A stretch of 47,304 nucleotides of DNA from an uncultured bacterium (GTDB lineage: Bacteria > Patescibacteriota > Minisyncoccia > Moranbacterales > GWC2-37-73). A program made the position numbers and the translations under genes. The stretch's first letter is position 1, and each line of letters opens with the position of its first letter. Shown here piece by piece: positions 17,645 through 26,156 of the stretch. The notes beneath the pieces are model-generated. The model searched no databases. It was not told the DNA's origin and saw nothing but the letters and a program-made list of their open reading frames with translations. Location of the stretch: NCBI GenBank assembly GCA_903824515.1, contig CAIJXA010000041.1, positions 1 through 47,304 of the forward strand, given 5' to 3'.

Positions 17645-18514
17645 ATGGCTAAAATCACAAAAGCAGTTATTGCCGTTGCAGGTTCTGGAACCAGACTTTT
17701 GCCAGCAACAAAATCAATGCCCAAAGAAATGCTCCCGATTGTGGACAAACCAATCATTCAATTGGTTGTGGAAGAGTTGGTTGAAGCAGGCATTAAGGAC
17801 ATCATTTTTGTTACTCGTTGGGACAAAAAACCACTTGAGGATCATTTTGATCATAGTACTGCACTTGAAGATGACCTCAGAAAAAATGGAAAAGAAAAAT
17901 ATGCCGATATGATTGAAGGTATTGCTGACATGGCAAATTTTATTCACGTTAGACAAAAAGGTCCGTATGGTAACGGTACGCCAGTTTTATCAGCAGCTTC
18001 TATTGTTGCTGGTGAACCATTTGTTTTTGTTTTTGGTGATGATTTGGTAAAATCAAAAACTTCTTTTACAAAGCAAATGATTGAAGACTATGAAAAAAAT
18101 GGAAAACTCATGATTGGCGTTCAAGAGGTTCCACTCGAAGTTGTTAATCGTTATGGTATTGTTAAGCTGCGCGAAGGAACAAATGAAATTGAGGATATTA
18201 TCGAAAAGCCCACTATCGAAGAAGCACCTTCTAGGCTGGCAGATTTTGGACGCATGATTCTTGATCAAGAATTTATTGAGATTTTGCGAAATACTGCACT
18301 TGGCAAGGGAAACGAACTTTGGGTTATCGATGCAATCAAAACCTACGTGAATAATGGAGGAATTTTTTTAGCAAAAGAACTTAAGGATGGAAATTGGCTC
18401 ACCACTGGTGACCCTTTGAATTATTTGAAAGCAACGTTAGCCTATGCTTTTGATAGAAAAGAATTACGAGCAGACCTGGATGAATATATTGAAAAACTTT
18501 ATTGTAAAAAATAA
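17645..18514 (+). CDS. galU: UTP--glucose-1-phosphate uridylyltransferase
   Basis: KAVIAVAGSGTRLLPATKSMPKEMLPIVDKPIIQ and VRQKGPYGNG motifs. Confidence 0.9.
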   Translation: MAKITKAVIAVAGSGTRLLPATKSMPKEMLPIVDKPIIQLVVEELVEAGIKDIIFVTRWDKKPLEDHFDHSTALEDDLRKNGKEKYADMIEGIADMANFIHVRQKGPYGNGTPVLSAASIVAGEPFVFVFGDDLVKSKTSFTKQMIEDYEKNGKLMIGVQEVPLEVVNRYGIVKLREGTNEIEDIIEKPTIEEAPSRLADFGRMILDQEFIEILRNTALGKGNELWVIDAIKTYVNNGGIFLAKELKDGNWLTTGDPLNYLKATLAYAFDRKELRADLDEYIEKLYCKK

Positions 18515-18631
18515 TTAATTTACTTCACCTTTAAAGTGGGGTTTAAATTAATTATTTTGTTTCGAATATTATTCCCAATCTTTTTGTATTAGATGTTATA
18601 AAGAGAGTTCAAAATTTTATTTGCAAATATT

Positions 18632-19333
18632 GTGTATTGGATATACTTTGTTATATTTACACTTATCATTTTTGTTCCAACCATTGTCCATGAGGGCATC
18701 ATGGGTCTTAGTGTCGTTCAAGCTCAAGAATATTCAATTTTACTTCTTGGAACCATGGGATTTGTTTTGTTTGGATCACTTGAAAAAAGGCAAAAAAGCG
18801 ATTTGCGAGAAAAAAACGTAATGATTGGTCAAATGAACAGAACAAATAAAGATTTGGCTCATTCGTATTTATATATTGGTGAAATCAATAGGCGACTTGA
18901 TATTATAAGCAATATCGTGCTCGGATTTCCTGAAAGTTCGCAACTTACGTTAAAAAAGCAAAGGGAGCTTTATGAGTCAATCATGGAAGCAATTCGCTTA
19001 TTTGGAAAATCAAATGATTTCGTTATTAGATTCACAGACTTAAACACTGGGGAAATCTTGAAAGAAATTAAGAGCAATGACAGGGTTGCAATAAATTTTC
19101 CCCAGAAGGACTGCAATCCTGAAGTGCCAATTCTTGAAAATAATCAAATCCTTGCCATTCCATCTCCCAAAGCCATGGATAATGTGTATGCTTGCATTAT
19201 TGTTAAGAAAGATAAGCCGCAGCAAAGCAAGGGTGACGCTGAAACAATGAAGGTTCTTGCTATGCAAGCCTTGTCGCTATTTATGCTAATAAATAGAAAG
19301 AAAAATGGTCACAAACGCAACCCACAAGATTAG
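18632..19333 (+). CDS. Hypothetical membrane protein
   Basis: 233-aa ORF with a GTG start. Two N-terminal TM segments and a soluble C-terminal domain, with no recognisable motifs. Confidence 0.6.
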   Translation: MYWIYFVIFTLIIFVPTIVHEGIMGLSVVQAQEYSILLLGTMGFVLFGSLEKRQKSDLREKNVMIGQMNRTNKDLAHSYLYIGEINRRLDIISNIVLGFPESSQLTLKKQRELYESIMEAIRLFGKSNDFVIRFTDLNTGEILKEIKSNDRVAINFPQKDCNPEVPILENNQILAIPSPKAMDNVYACIIVKKDKPQQSKGDAETMKVLAMQALSLFMLINRKKNGHKRNPQD

Positions 19334-19335
19334 GC

Positions 19336-19364
19336 TTGAAAATTATTCACTGTTGGTGTATATT
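19336..19364 (+). promoter_or_regulatory. Putative promoter for rplI
   Basis: TTGAAA (19336-19341), N17, TATATT (19359-19364). Confidence 0.5.
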
Positions 19365-19448
19365 TAAGCGAGCATTAATAAGGAGTTTTTGGACAATAAC
19401 TCGAAAATCTCTCGCTTTACTAGTTAATAAATTATTGTAAGACTATTT

Positions 19449-19880
19449 ATGAAAATTATTCTTTTACAGGATGTTAAAAATATCGGCAAAAAAGGACAAA
19501 TCAAAGAAGTTCCAGATGGGTACGCTCGTAACTTCTTGCTAGCCAAAAAATTTGCAGCTGTTGCGACTACTGGGGCAGTTGTCATCGCTCAAAAAGAAGA
19601 AGAAAAAAAGCAACTTTTACTTAGAGAGCAAAAAGCTCAAACCCAAAAATTGGCTGAGGCGCTCAACAAGAAACAAATCATCATCAAAGCTCGCTCCAAA
19701 GATGGAAAACTCTTTGGTTCAATCACTGCCAAAGATATTACTGCTGAAATCAGAAAATTGAAATTGGAAGTTCCAGAAAAAGCTATCGCAGTTGGACATC
19801 TGCGAGAACTTGGCTCCCATGAAGTGAAAATCAACCTACCACATGACATTATTATCGCAATAAACGTGACGATTGAATAA
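19449..19880 (+). CDS. rplI: 50S ribosomal protein L9
   Basis: [30 protein letters not shown] is the canonical L9 N-domain. Confidence 0.92.
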   Translation: MKIILLQDVKNIGKKGQIKEVPDGYARNFLLAKKFAAVATTGAVVIAQKEEEKKQLLLREQKAQTQKLAEALNKKQIIIKARSKDGKLFGSITAKDITAEIRKLKLEVPEKAIAVGHLRELGSHEVKINLPHDIIIAINVTIE

Positions 19881-19940
19881 GTTTTCTAAATGGTATATAA
19901 TAAATCCATAGGGGAAGTATCTTCAACAATATCAAACAAG

Positions 19941-19998
19941 CCCGCCCGCATCACCATGTGAAGCGTTGCGGGCGGGGGGTCGCTTTTGGCGACTTTTT
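19941..19998 (+). terminator. Tandem hairpins (GC-rich stem, then small hairpin plus T-run)
   Basis: cccgcccgca (19941-19950) pairs with tgcgggcggg (19967-19976). Then gtcgc-ttttg-gcgac is followed by ttttt. Confidence 0.6.
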
Positions 19999-20122
19999 GT
20001 GTAGGTTAAAAATTAATTAATCATACAAATTACGCAAATAAATGCAGACGATGCAAATATGCAAACCTTGTTTTTAGCATATTCGTAGATTCGCATGATA
20101 TTCGTAGATTCGTATCGGTATT

Positions 20123-21766
20123 ATGGAAAACAGAAAGTACATTTTTGTTATGGGTGGGGTCATGAGTGGCGTTGGAAAGGGGATTACAACTTCTTCTATT
20201 GGGGCAATTTTGAAAGCCAGGGGCTACAGAGTAACGGCACTCAAAATTGATCCCTATGTCAATGTGGACGCTGGAACTATGAATCCAACTGAACATGGAG
20301 AAGTTTTCGTTTTGAATGACGGCGATGAAACTGATCAAGATATGGGAAATTACGAGCGTTTCATGGGAATCCAACTTTCTCGCGAAAACTATATGACAAC
20401 GGGTAGGGTTTACGAATCGGTTATTCATCGTGAGCGAAATTTGGAATATGGCGGAAGGTGTGTTCAGGTTGTGCCGCACATTCCTTTGGAGGTTATTAAT
20501 CGAATTGTGAGTGCTTCGGAAAAAGATAACTCAGAGATAACCATGATCGAAATCGGCGGTACAGTTGGTGAGTATGAAAACATTCTATTTTTAGAAACAA
20601 TTCGTCTGATGAAAATTAAACATCCGGATGATGTTCTCTCGGTGATGGTAAGTTATGTCCCAATGCCTAACAAAATTGGGGAAATGAAAACTAAGCCAAC
20701 TCAACACGCAGTGCGAACAGTTAATGGTGCCGGAGTTCAGCCAGACTTTATTGTTGCTCGTAGCGAGGTTCCAATGGATCAAAAACGCAAAGAAAAAATT
20801 TCCATGTTTTGCAATGTCGGAGAGGAATATGTTATCAGTGCTCCAGATGTGGATAATGTCTATGAAGTTTTACTAAATTTTGAAAGAGACAATCTGTCTG
20901 AATTAATCTTGAAAAAATTACGGCTCGAAACAAAAACTTCAGACCTTTCAGCCTGGAAGGATTTGGTTGCTGAAATCAAAAAAGCCAAAGATGCTGTAAC
21001 GATTGGAATTGTGGGAAAATACTTTGGAACAGGCGACTTTGTTTTGTCGGATGCATATATCTCAGTCATCGAGGCTATCAAACATGCCGGATATAAAGCC
21101 GGAGTCAGAACTAAGATTGATTGGATCAATAGTGAAGTTTTTGAGAAGGATCCAGAAAAAATTTCTACCCTCTCAAAATATGACGGCGTTTTAGTTCCTG
21201 GAGGTTTCGGCGGACGAGGAATTGAAGGAAAAATTAAAGCTATTCAGTTTTGCAGGGAAAACAAAATTCCATTTTTCGGAATTTGCTATGGCATGCAACT
21301 GGCCGTGATTGAATATGCTCGCAATGTTCTGGGTCTAGCGGACGCCAACACTACGGAGGTTAACCGCGATACAAAAAATCCGGTGATTGACATTATGCCA
21401 GAGCAGAAAAAGAATTTAGAGGATGGAAATTATGGAGCCACTATGCGACTTGGTGCATATCCTGCTAAACTTGCAGAGGGAACTATTGCCAAAAATTTAT
21501 ACGGCCAAGCAGAAATTTCAGAGCGTCACAGGCACCGATGGGAAGTAAGTCCGAATTATATTGCAAGAATTGAAGAAGACGGCCTGGTTTTTTCTGGTAA
21601 ATCTCCCCAAGGAAACTTGATGGAAATTGCTGAATTGCCAATTGAGAAACATCCTTTCTTTGTAGCATGTCAATTTCACCCGGAGTTTAAATCAACTCCG
21701 CTCAAAGCCCATCCTTTGTTTTTTGGTTTTGTCAGTGCGGCGAAAAAGAGAAATGAAAAAAAATAA
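20123..21766 (+). CDS. pyrG: CTP synthase
   Basis: KYIFVMGGVMSGVGKGI, the GATase domain GICYGMQ and HRHRWEV. 547 aa. Confidence 0.97.
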   Translation: MENRKYIFVMGGVMSGVGKGITTSSIGAILKARGYRVTALKIDPYVNVDAGTMNPTEHGEVFVLNDGDETDQDMGNYERFMGIQLSRENYMTTGRVYESVIHRERNLEYGGRCVQVVPHIPLEVINRIVSASEKDNSEITMIEIGGTVGEYENILFLETIRLMKIKHPDDVLSVMVSYVPMPNKIGEMKTKPTQHAVRTVNGAGVQPDFIVARSEVPMDQKRKEKISMFCNVGEEYVISAPDVDNVYEVLLNFERDNLSELILKKLRLETKTSDLSAWKDLVAEIKKAKDAVTIGIVGKYFGTGDFVLSDAYISVIEAIKHAGYKAGVRTKIDWINSEVFEKDPEKISTLSKYDGVLVPGGFGGRGIEGKIKAIQFCRENKIPFFGICYGMQLAVIEYARNVLGLADANTTEVNRDTKNPVIDIMPEQKKNLEDGNYGATMRLGAYPAKLAEGTIAKNLYGQAEISERHRHRWEVSPNYIARIEEDGLVFSGKSPQGNLMEIAELPIEKHPFFVACQFHPEFKSTPLKAHPLFFGFVSAAKKRNEKK

Positions 21767-21898
21767 TCAGTAACCAGTAACTAAGTTCTAATTGTTCTAG
21801 TTGTGGTAAATGTTGTATTTGTTTGGATGCTTAGATGCTTGTTTAAATGCTTGCTTGAATGATTAAATGTTTGGATGCTTTTATGTTAAAATGATCTT

Positions 21899-22453
21899 AT
21901 GTCCGAAGAATATCTCGACATTGTTGATGAAAATGGTAAATTAACTGGCGAAAGAGAGCTTCGCAGTGTTTGTCATGCTAAGGGTTTATGGCATCGGACA
22001 GTGCGGATTTATTTGTTTAGAAAGAGGGATGATGAAGTAGAATTACTAATTCATTCATTTTTGATCAAGAGGAAGGCAAACCCTAACATGTGGACTGCTT
22101 CATTCGGTGGACATATTAAGAGCGGTAGCACTGCCGAAGAATCAATCATAACCGAGCTTAAAGAGGAGATTAATTTAAATCCTGAAATAAGAAATTTAAT
22201 TAAGGGATTTGATACGAGGTTTTGTATATCATATGATAGTATTGTTAACCATGAGTATACTTCTATTTTTTATTTGCCATACGATGACGATATTGAAAAA
22301 CTAATTTTCAATGATGATGAAATTCAGCAAGTTAAATGGAGTAGTCTTGAGCAAATTGAAAAAGCTATAATAAATAATCCAACCAGATGGTATATTAAAA
22401 CCGCCGATCTACTTTTGATTAAAAGTGATCTATTGGAAAAAATATCAGCATAA
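21899..22453 (+). CDS. NUDIX hydrolase
   Basis: Nudix box GGHIKSGSTAEESIITELKEEINL (GX5EX7REUXEEXGU pattern). Confidence 0.85.
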   Translation: MSEEYLDIVDENGKLTGERELRSVCHAKGLWHRTVRIYLFRKRDDEVELLIHSFLIKRKANPNMWTASFGGHIKSGSTAEESIITELKEEINLNPEIRNLIKGFDTRFCISYDSIVNHEYTSIFYLPYDDDIEKLIFNDDEIQQVKWSSLEQIEKAIINNPTRWYIKTADLLLIKSDLLEKISA

Positions 22454-22457
22454 AAAA

Positions 22458-22486
22458 AGAAACCTCTATCGAGGTTTCTTTTTTTA
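22458..22486. terminator. Bidirectional terminator between the Nudix gene and rpmA
   Basis: agaaacctc-tatc-gaggtttct with an A-run upstream and a T-run downstream. Confidence 0.7.
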
Positions 22487-22524
22487 TAATGTTCCTAAAA
22501 GCTAACGAAGCTATAAGCTAAAAG

Positions 22525-22986
22525 CTATTTGTTGTTTTTCTTTGCTTCTCTAGCAACCAAATGCTTTCGAACAGTCTTTCGCATGTTTGGTTTGCGAGCA
22601 ACTTTCTTAGCTCCGCTTCGTTTGCCAGGTTTATTACCAGGATGAAGCTTACGAGCAGAAGTTACGCGATTAAGTACAACCTTCTTCGGTTTGAGCACAA
22701 TTGGAGTGTCTGATTTATCAACGCTAACATATTTTCTAAGAACCAACTGTCCAGTGAAACTTCTGACTTTCTTGGTTGAAAATTTCACAGTTCCATCCAC
22801 AAGGGCCATCAGGGTGTCGTCATTGCAACGTTTGACATTTGCAGCTGCATGCCATTTTGTACCACGCTGTCTAATGATGATGTTTCCAGTTTTAACTTTT
22901 TGATTTCCAAATATTTTGACGCCGAGTCTTTTCGAGATTGAATCTCGACCCAACGAGGTAGAGCCACCAGCTTTTCGATGCGCCAT
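22525..22986 (-). CDS. rpmA: 50S ribosomal protein L27 with a long basic C-terminal extension
   Basis: [16 protein letters not shown]...[11 protein letters not shown] is the canonical L27 sequence. Start set at ATG 22986. About 65 extra Lys/Arg-rich residues follow the conserved core. Confidence 0.9.
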   Translation of the reverse strand: MAHRKAGGSTSLGRDSISKRLGVKIFGNQKVKTGNIIIRQRGTKWHAAANVKRCNDDTLMALVDGTVKFSTKKVRSFTGQLVLRKYVSVDKSDTPIVLKPKKVVLNRVTSARKLHPGNKPGKRSGAKKVARKPNMRKTVRKHLVAREAKKNNK

Positions 22987-23361
22987 AAGCAACAAACAAT
23001 AATCAATAACCAATAATCAATAACCAAAAGGGAATTGAAATAGTTCGCAATTATTATTAAAGTAGTTAAATTTTAAGATAAAAATTCCGCAGGCTTTCTT
23101 TCCACTTTTACTATATCCATAAATATAATATAATATTAAGAAGGGTGCGGGGTTCATTGCGGCAATTGAAATTAAATTGATTTCATTCGGCTTGTCTGCA
23201 AATATCGCAGGCAATGAAATGTGTCACGCGCACGGACACTCAATTTGAATTTAACAGCCACTCAGCGTTACAGAATGTATTCTAACAGAAATAGATAGAT
23301 TGTCAATGATAATCATATAAGCATATGAGCATTTAAGCACTTAACCACCAAGGCTAATTTT

Positions 23362-23790
23362 ATGCCTCAATTATTCAGCAAAATTAAGGAGTTTGTACTC
23401 AAATATGAACAAAAAATAGCGCTAATTGTGGCTTTTTGTCTTATTTCAGCCGTTTCCTTTGAATTTGGCATCCTTCAAGGCCAAAAATGGCAGCAAAAGC
23501 CCCTAATTATCGAAAAGCCTGCCAACATGCCAACTGGGCAAGAAAATCAAGGCCAGCCCAATTCTGAAGCTTCAGCATTACTTCAAAAAGCCACTGCCCA
23601 AGTTTCAAGCGACCAAGCCAAAACAACGAATTGTGCATTTGTTGGCAGCAGAAGCTCTAATAAATTCTACCGCCCAACTTGCTCCTATGCCAAACGCATC
23701 AAACCGGAGAATGTGGTCTGTTTCAAAACCGCCGAAGAGGCCCTTGGACAGGGAAGGACGGAAAGCAAATGTGCAACCTCAGCCAAATAG
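23362..23790 (+). CDS. Membrane-anchored hypothetical protein with a C-terminal Cys motif resembling Ada-type/'sunset' metal-binding domains
   Basis: TM segment IALIVAFCLISAVSFEFGIL. C-terminus FVGSRSSNKFYRPTCSYAKRIKPENVVCFKTAEEALGQGRTESKC. The domain name is from memory. Confidence 0.7.
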   Translation: MPQLFSKIKEFVLKYEQKIALIVAFCLISAVSFEFGILQGQKWQQKPLIIEKPANMPTGQENQGQPNSEASALLQKATAQVSSDQAKTTNCAFVGSRSSNKFYRPTCSYAKRIKPENVVCFKTAEEALGQGRTESKCATSAK

Positions 23791-23835
23791 AGCTGAATCT
23801 ATAGATAAGTTTAAAGATACCAAAAAAACTAATAA

Positions 23836-23877
23836 TGACATTCACTTTGATACTCGAAAGTATCAAAGTGAATGTCA
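23836..23877. repeat. 42-nt perfect palindrome, copy 1
   Basis: tgacattcactttgatact-cgaa-agtatcaaagtgaatgtca (19-bp stem). Confidence 0.9.
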
Positions 23878-23900
23878 GATTTCTAAATTGAGAAATAATT

Positions 23901-24488
23901 ATGAAAAAAAGAGTATTTATTATTCATGGACTTGGAGCTATGCCAGCTGGCAATTAGTTTCCTTGGACAAAGAACGAATTGGAAAGTCGTGATTTTGAAG
24001 TTGTGGCTGCAAAAATGCCGAATCCTAATTTTCCGAAATTGAATCAATGGCTAGAAAAGGTCAGCGGAACTGTTGGCGATGTCGACGAAGAAACTTTTTT
24101 GATTGGACACAGCCTGGGTTCTTTCACTATTTTGAAATATTTGGAATCCTTGCCTGAGGACACTAAGCTTGGCGGAATCATTTTGGTTTCTGGTTTTTTA
24201 AATATAAATTTTCTAGATGATAAGATAACCTCGAAAGTGTTGAGGTTGATTTTGAAAGATTTTTCAAAGGAAATTAATGATTTTGAAAAAATCAAAAGAA
24301 TCTGTAAAAACATCATCATTTTCCATTCTGACAATGACCCATTGGTTCCATTTGAACAAGGAGTTAATTTGCACAAAGAGTTAGGCGGAAAGTTTAATGT
24401 CATACATAATGGTCAACATCTCAACGCAGGCACTGGCAACAATGAATTTCCAGAGTTAGTCGAAGAATTGCTAAAAATTTCAAGCTAG
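23901..24488 (+). pseudogene. Alpha/beta serine hydrolase (YdeN/RBBP9-like) interrupted by an in-frame TAG
   Basis: MKKRVFIIHGLGAMPAGN-[TAG 23955-23957]-FPWTKNELE... continues in the same frame through GHSLG, HSDNDPLVP and GQH. TAG lies where homologues as I recall them have Trp (TGG). Confidence 0.7.
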
Positions 24489-24548
24489 CTATTCCTCAGC
24501 TCATCTTTCATGGGGGAGTGTTTTTGACAAAAGTTTTTATTTTCCAAA

Positions 24549-24593
24549 CGTGACATTCACTTTGATACTCGAAAGTATCAAAGTATTTGTCAC
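24549..24593. repeat. Palindrome, copy 2 (imperfect)
   Basis: cgtgacattcactttgatact-cgaa-agtatcaaagtatttgtcacg. There are central-arm mismatches, and the extra cg/cg closing pair is compensated. Confidence 0.85.
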
Positions 24594-24657
24594 GAAACTG
24601 AATTTGAGTTAAAATTAATAAAATAGGCTTAAGTAATTAACCCTTTAAGACAATGCG

Positions 24658-25188
24658 ATGGCCAAATTTAATTCAAAACTTTCCAAAAAAGAAATTGAGA
24701 AAATTTTGTTTCAGCTTTGCTTGGCAATTTCTGAAATTAAGGATCCCAACGAGGCCGCAGAGCTTCTGCGAGATTTGCTTTCGTATCAAGAATCAGAAAT
24801 GATTGCCAAAAGACTAAAGATTGCCGAACATTTGATCAGTGGCAGCACCTATGGCGAAATTCAGGAGCAATTACTTGTCAGCTCGTCAACCATCGCCAGG
24901 GTGCAAGAATGGCTAAAGATTTCAGGTGAGGGCTATCAAAAGGCTATTGCTCGAACTAAAATAAAAATCAAACAAAGGGAGGTTAATTCTCAAGTTTCAG
25001 TTGGTGAAAATTGGGGGTCAATCAAAAAAAGATTCCCGTCTTATTGTTGGCCGGATCTTTTGCTTGAAAATATTGTTGCAAATTCAAGTCAAAGGCAAAA
25101 AGAAAAAATCAAAAATGTTATAATGGAGCTTGAAAAATCTAAGGAGAAAACTGAGCTATATCACAAACTCAAAAAACTTATTCATTAA
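24658..25188 (+). CDS. TrpR-like YerC/YecD family DNA-binding protein with C-terminal extension
   Basis: DPNEAAELLRDLLSYQESEMIAKRLKIAEHLISGSTYGEIQEQLLVSSSTIARV is a typical YerC/YecD helix-turn-helix. Confidence 0.85.
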   Translation: MAKFNSKLSKKEIEKILFQLCLAISEIKDPNEAAELLRDLLSYQESEMIAKRLKIAEHLISGSTYGEIQEQLLVSSSTIARVQEWLKISGEGYQKAIARTKIKIKQREVNSQVSVGENWGSIKKRFPSYCWPDLLLENIVANSSQRQKEKIKNVIMELEKSKEKTELYHKLKKLIH

Positions 25189-25200
25189 GCAAGAAGAACG

Positions 25201-25242
25201 TGACATTCACTTTGATACTCGAAAGTATCAAAGTGAATGTCA
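25201..25242. repeat. 42-nt perfect palindrome, copy 3
   Basis: Identical to copy 1. It lies 13 nt after the stop of the TrpR-like gene. Confidence 0.9.
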
Positions 25243-25272
25243 TTATTATCGGATTAAGAAAATAATCATTAG

Positions 25273-25602
25273 ATGAACAAGAAAACTATGACCCAAGAAA
25301 ATAAAAACGTAAAATCCTTTGAGGTAATTGAAGAGCATCTGCAAACCAATTTGATTCAGATTGGCCTGGAAATTGCGGAGATTGAAAATTTTTTGAAGTT
25401 GGGCGAGGAACTTTTGGAAAAAGAGCGTAAGCTTCAAGAGGCTAGTAATGAAAAAGATGAGGAGATAATTACGAGGTATAAAAATGATATCACTAAATTA
25501 CAACAAGGTTTAGAAATGTTTTTAAGTATTAAGGAGGAAATGGAAAATACCCTCGCCAAACTGCACCAAACCAAGGCGAAGGCGGATGAATACATTAAGT
25601 AA
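25273..25602 (+). CDS. Hypothetical coiled-coil protein
   Basis: 109-aa Glu/Lys-rich heptad-like ORF. Confidence 0.6.
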   Translation: MNKKTMTQENKNVKSFEVIEEHLQTNLIQIGLEIAEIENFLKLGEELLEKERKLQEASNEKDEEIITRYKNDITKLQQGLEMFLSIKEEMENTLAKLHQTKAKADEYIK

Positions 25603-25656
25603 TTTAAATTATTTAATTTAAATTAACGAATTAACGGATTAGTCACTTTTCTTTTT

Positions 25657-25685
25657 TTGAAAAATAATATAAACAAATTTATTAT
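25657..25685 (+). promoter_or_regulatory. Putative promoter giving a leaderless or near-leaderless DUF1003 mRNA
   Basis: TTGAAA (25657-25662), N17, TATTAT (25680-25685). The ATG at 25695 is 9 nt after the -10. Confidence 0.5.
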
Positions 25686-25694
25686 CAATACACT

Positions 25695-26117
25695 ATGCAA
25701 CAAAAAGCCTTGAGCAATATAGAGGAAATAAAAATCAAGCATGAGCGTCGCCTTAGCAGGCTCGATCGCTTAGCACTTTTTATTACTAATAAAGTCGGCA
25801 CAATGGGATTTTTCTTCGTTATCTTTATTTGGACAGTTTGCTGGTTAGGCTGGAACATTATTGGCCCAAAAAACCTAAGATTTGACCCGTATCCGGGTTT
25901 TATTTTATGGCTGTTTATTTCTAATATGCTTCAAATCTTTTTAATGCCACTACTGCTTATCGGACAAAATTTGCAAGGTAAGGCAGCTGAAAAAAGAACA
26001 GAGTATGATTTTGAGGTTGACCAAAAAGCAGAAAATGAAATTAAACTTATTTTGCAAGAACTTCGCAAGCAAGAAAATGTTTTACAGGAAATTTCTGAAA
26101 AAATAAAGCAACAATAA
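25695..26117 (+). CDS. DUF1003 family membrane protein
   Basis: FDPYPGFILWLFISNMLQIFLMPLLLIGQN and two TM segments. Confidence 0.85.
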   Translation: MQQKALSNIEEIKIKHERRLSRLDRLALFITNKVGTMGFFFVIFIWTVCWLGWNIIGPKNLRFDPYPGFILWLFISNMLQIFLMPLLLIGQNLQGKAAEKRTEYDFEVDQKAENEIKLILQELRKQENVLQEISEKIKQQ

Positions 26118-26156
26118 CTACAAACTTTATAACCTTATAAACTTTATAACTAAAGT

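Noticed and set aside
23955-23957. TAG reassignment (alternative genetic code) as the explanation for the in-frame stop
   Set aside because: TAG terminates glyA, the 18632 gene, the 23362 gene and this hydrolase itself at sensible positions. TGA and TAA also act as stops, and all long conserved genes are uninterrupted under the standard code.
23633-23992. 119-aa + strand ORF spanning the first palindrome
   Set aside because: It reads straight through the 42-nt palindromic repeat in a different frame from both neighbouring genes, so it is a repeat-generated artefact.
23836-25242. The three palindromes, or the various word repeats, as a CRISPR array
   Set aside because: The copies are separated by whole genes or irregular distances. 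The repeats are palindromic or degenerate rather than direct with uniform spacers, and there are no cas genes.
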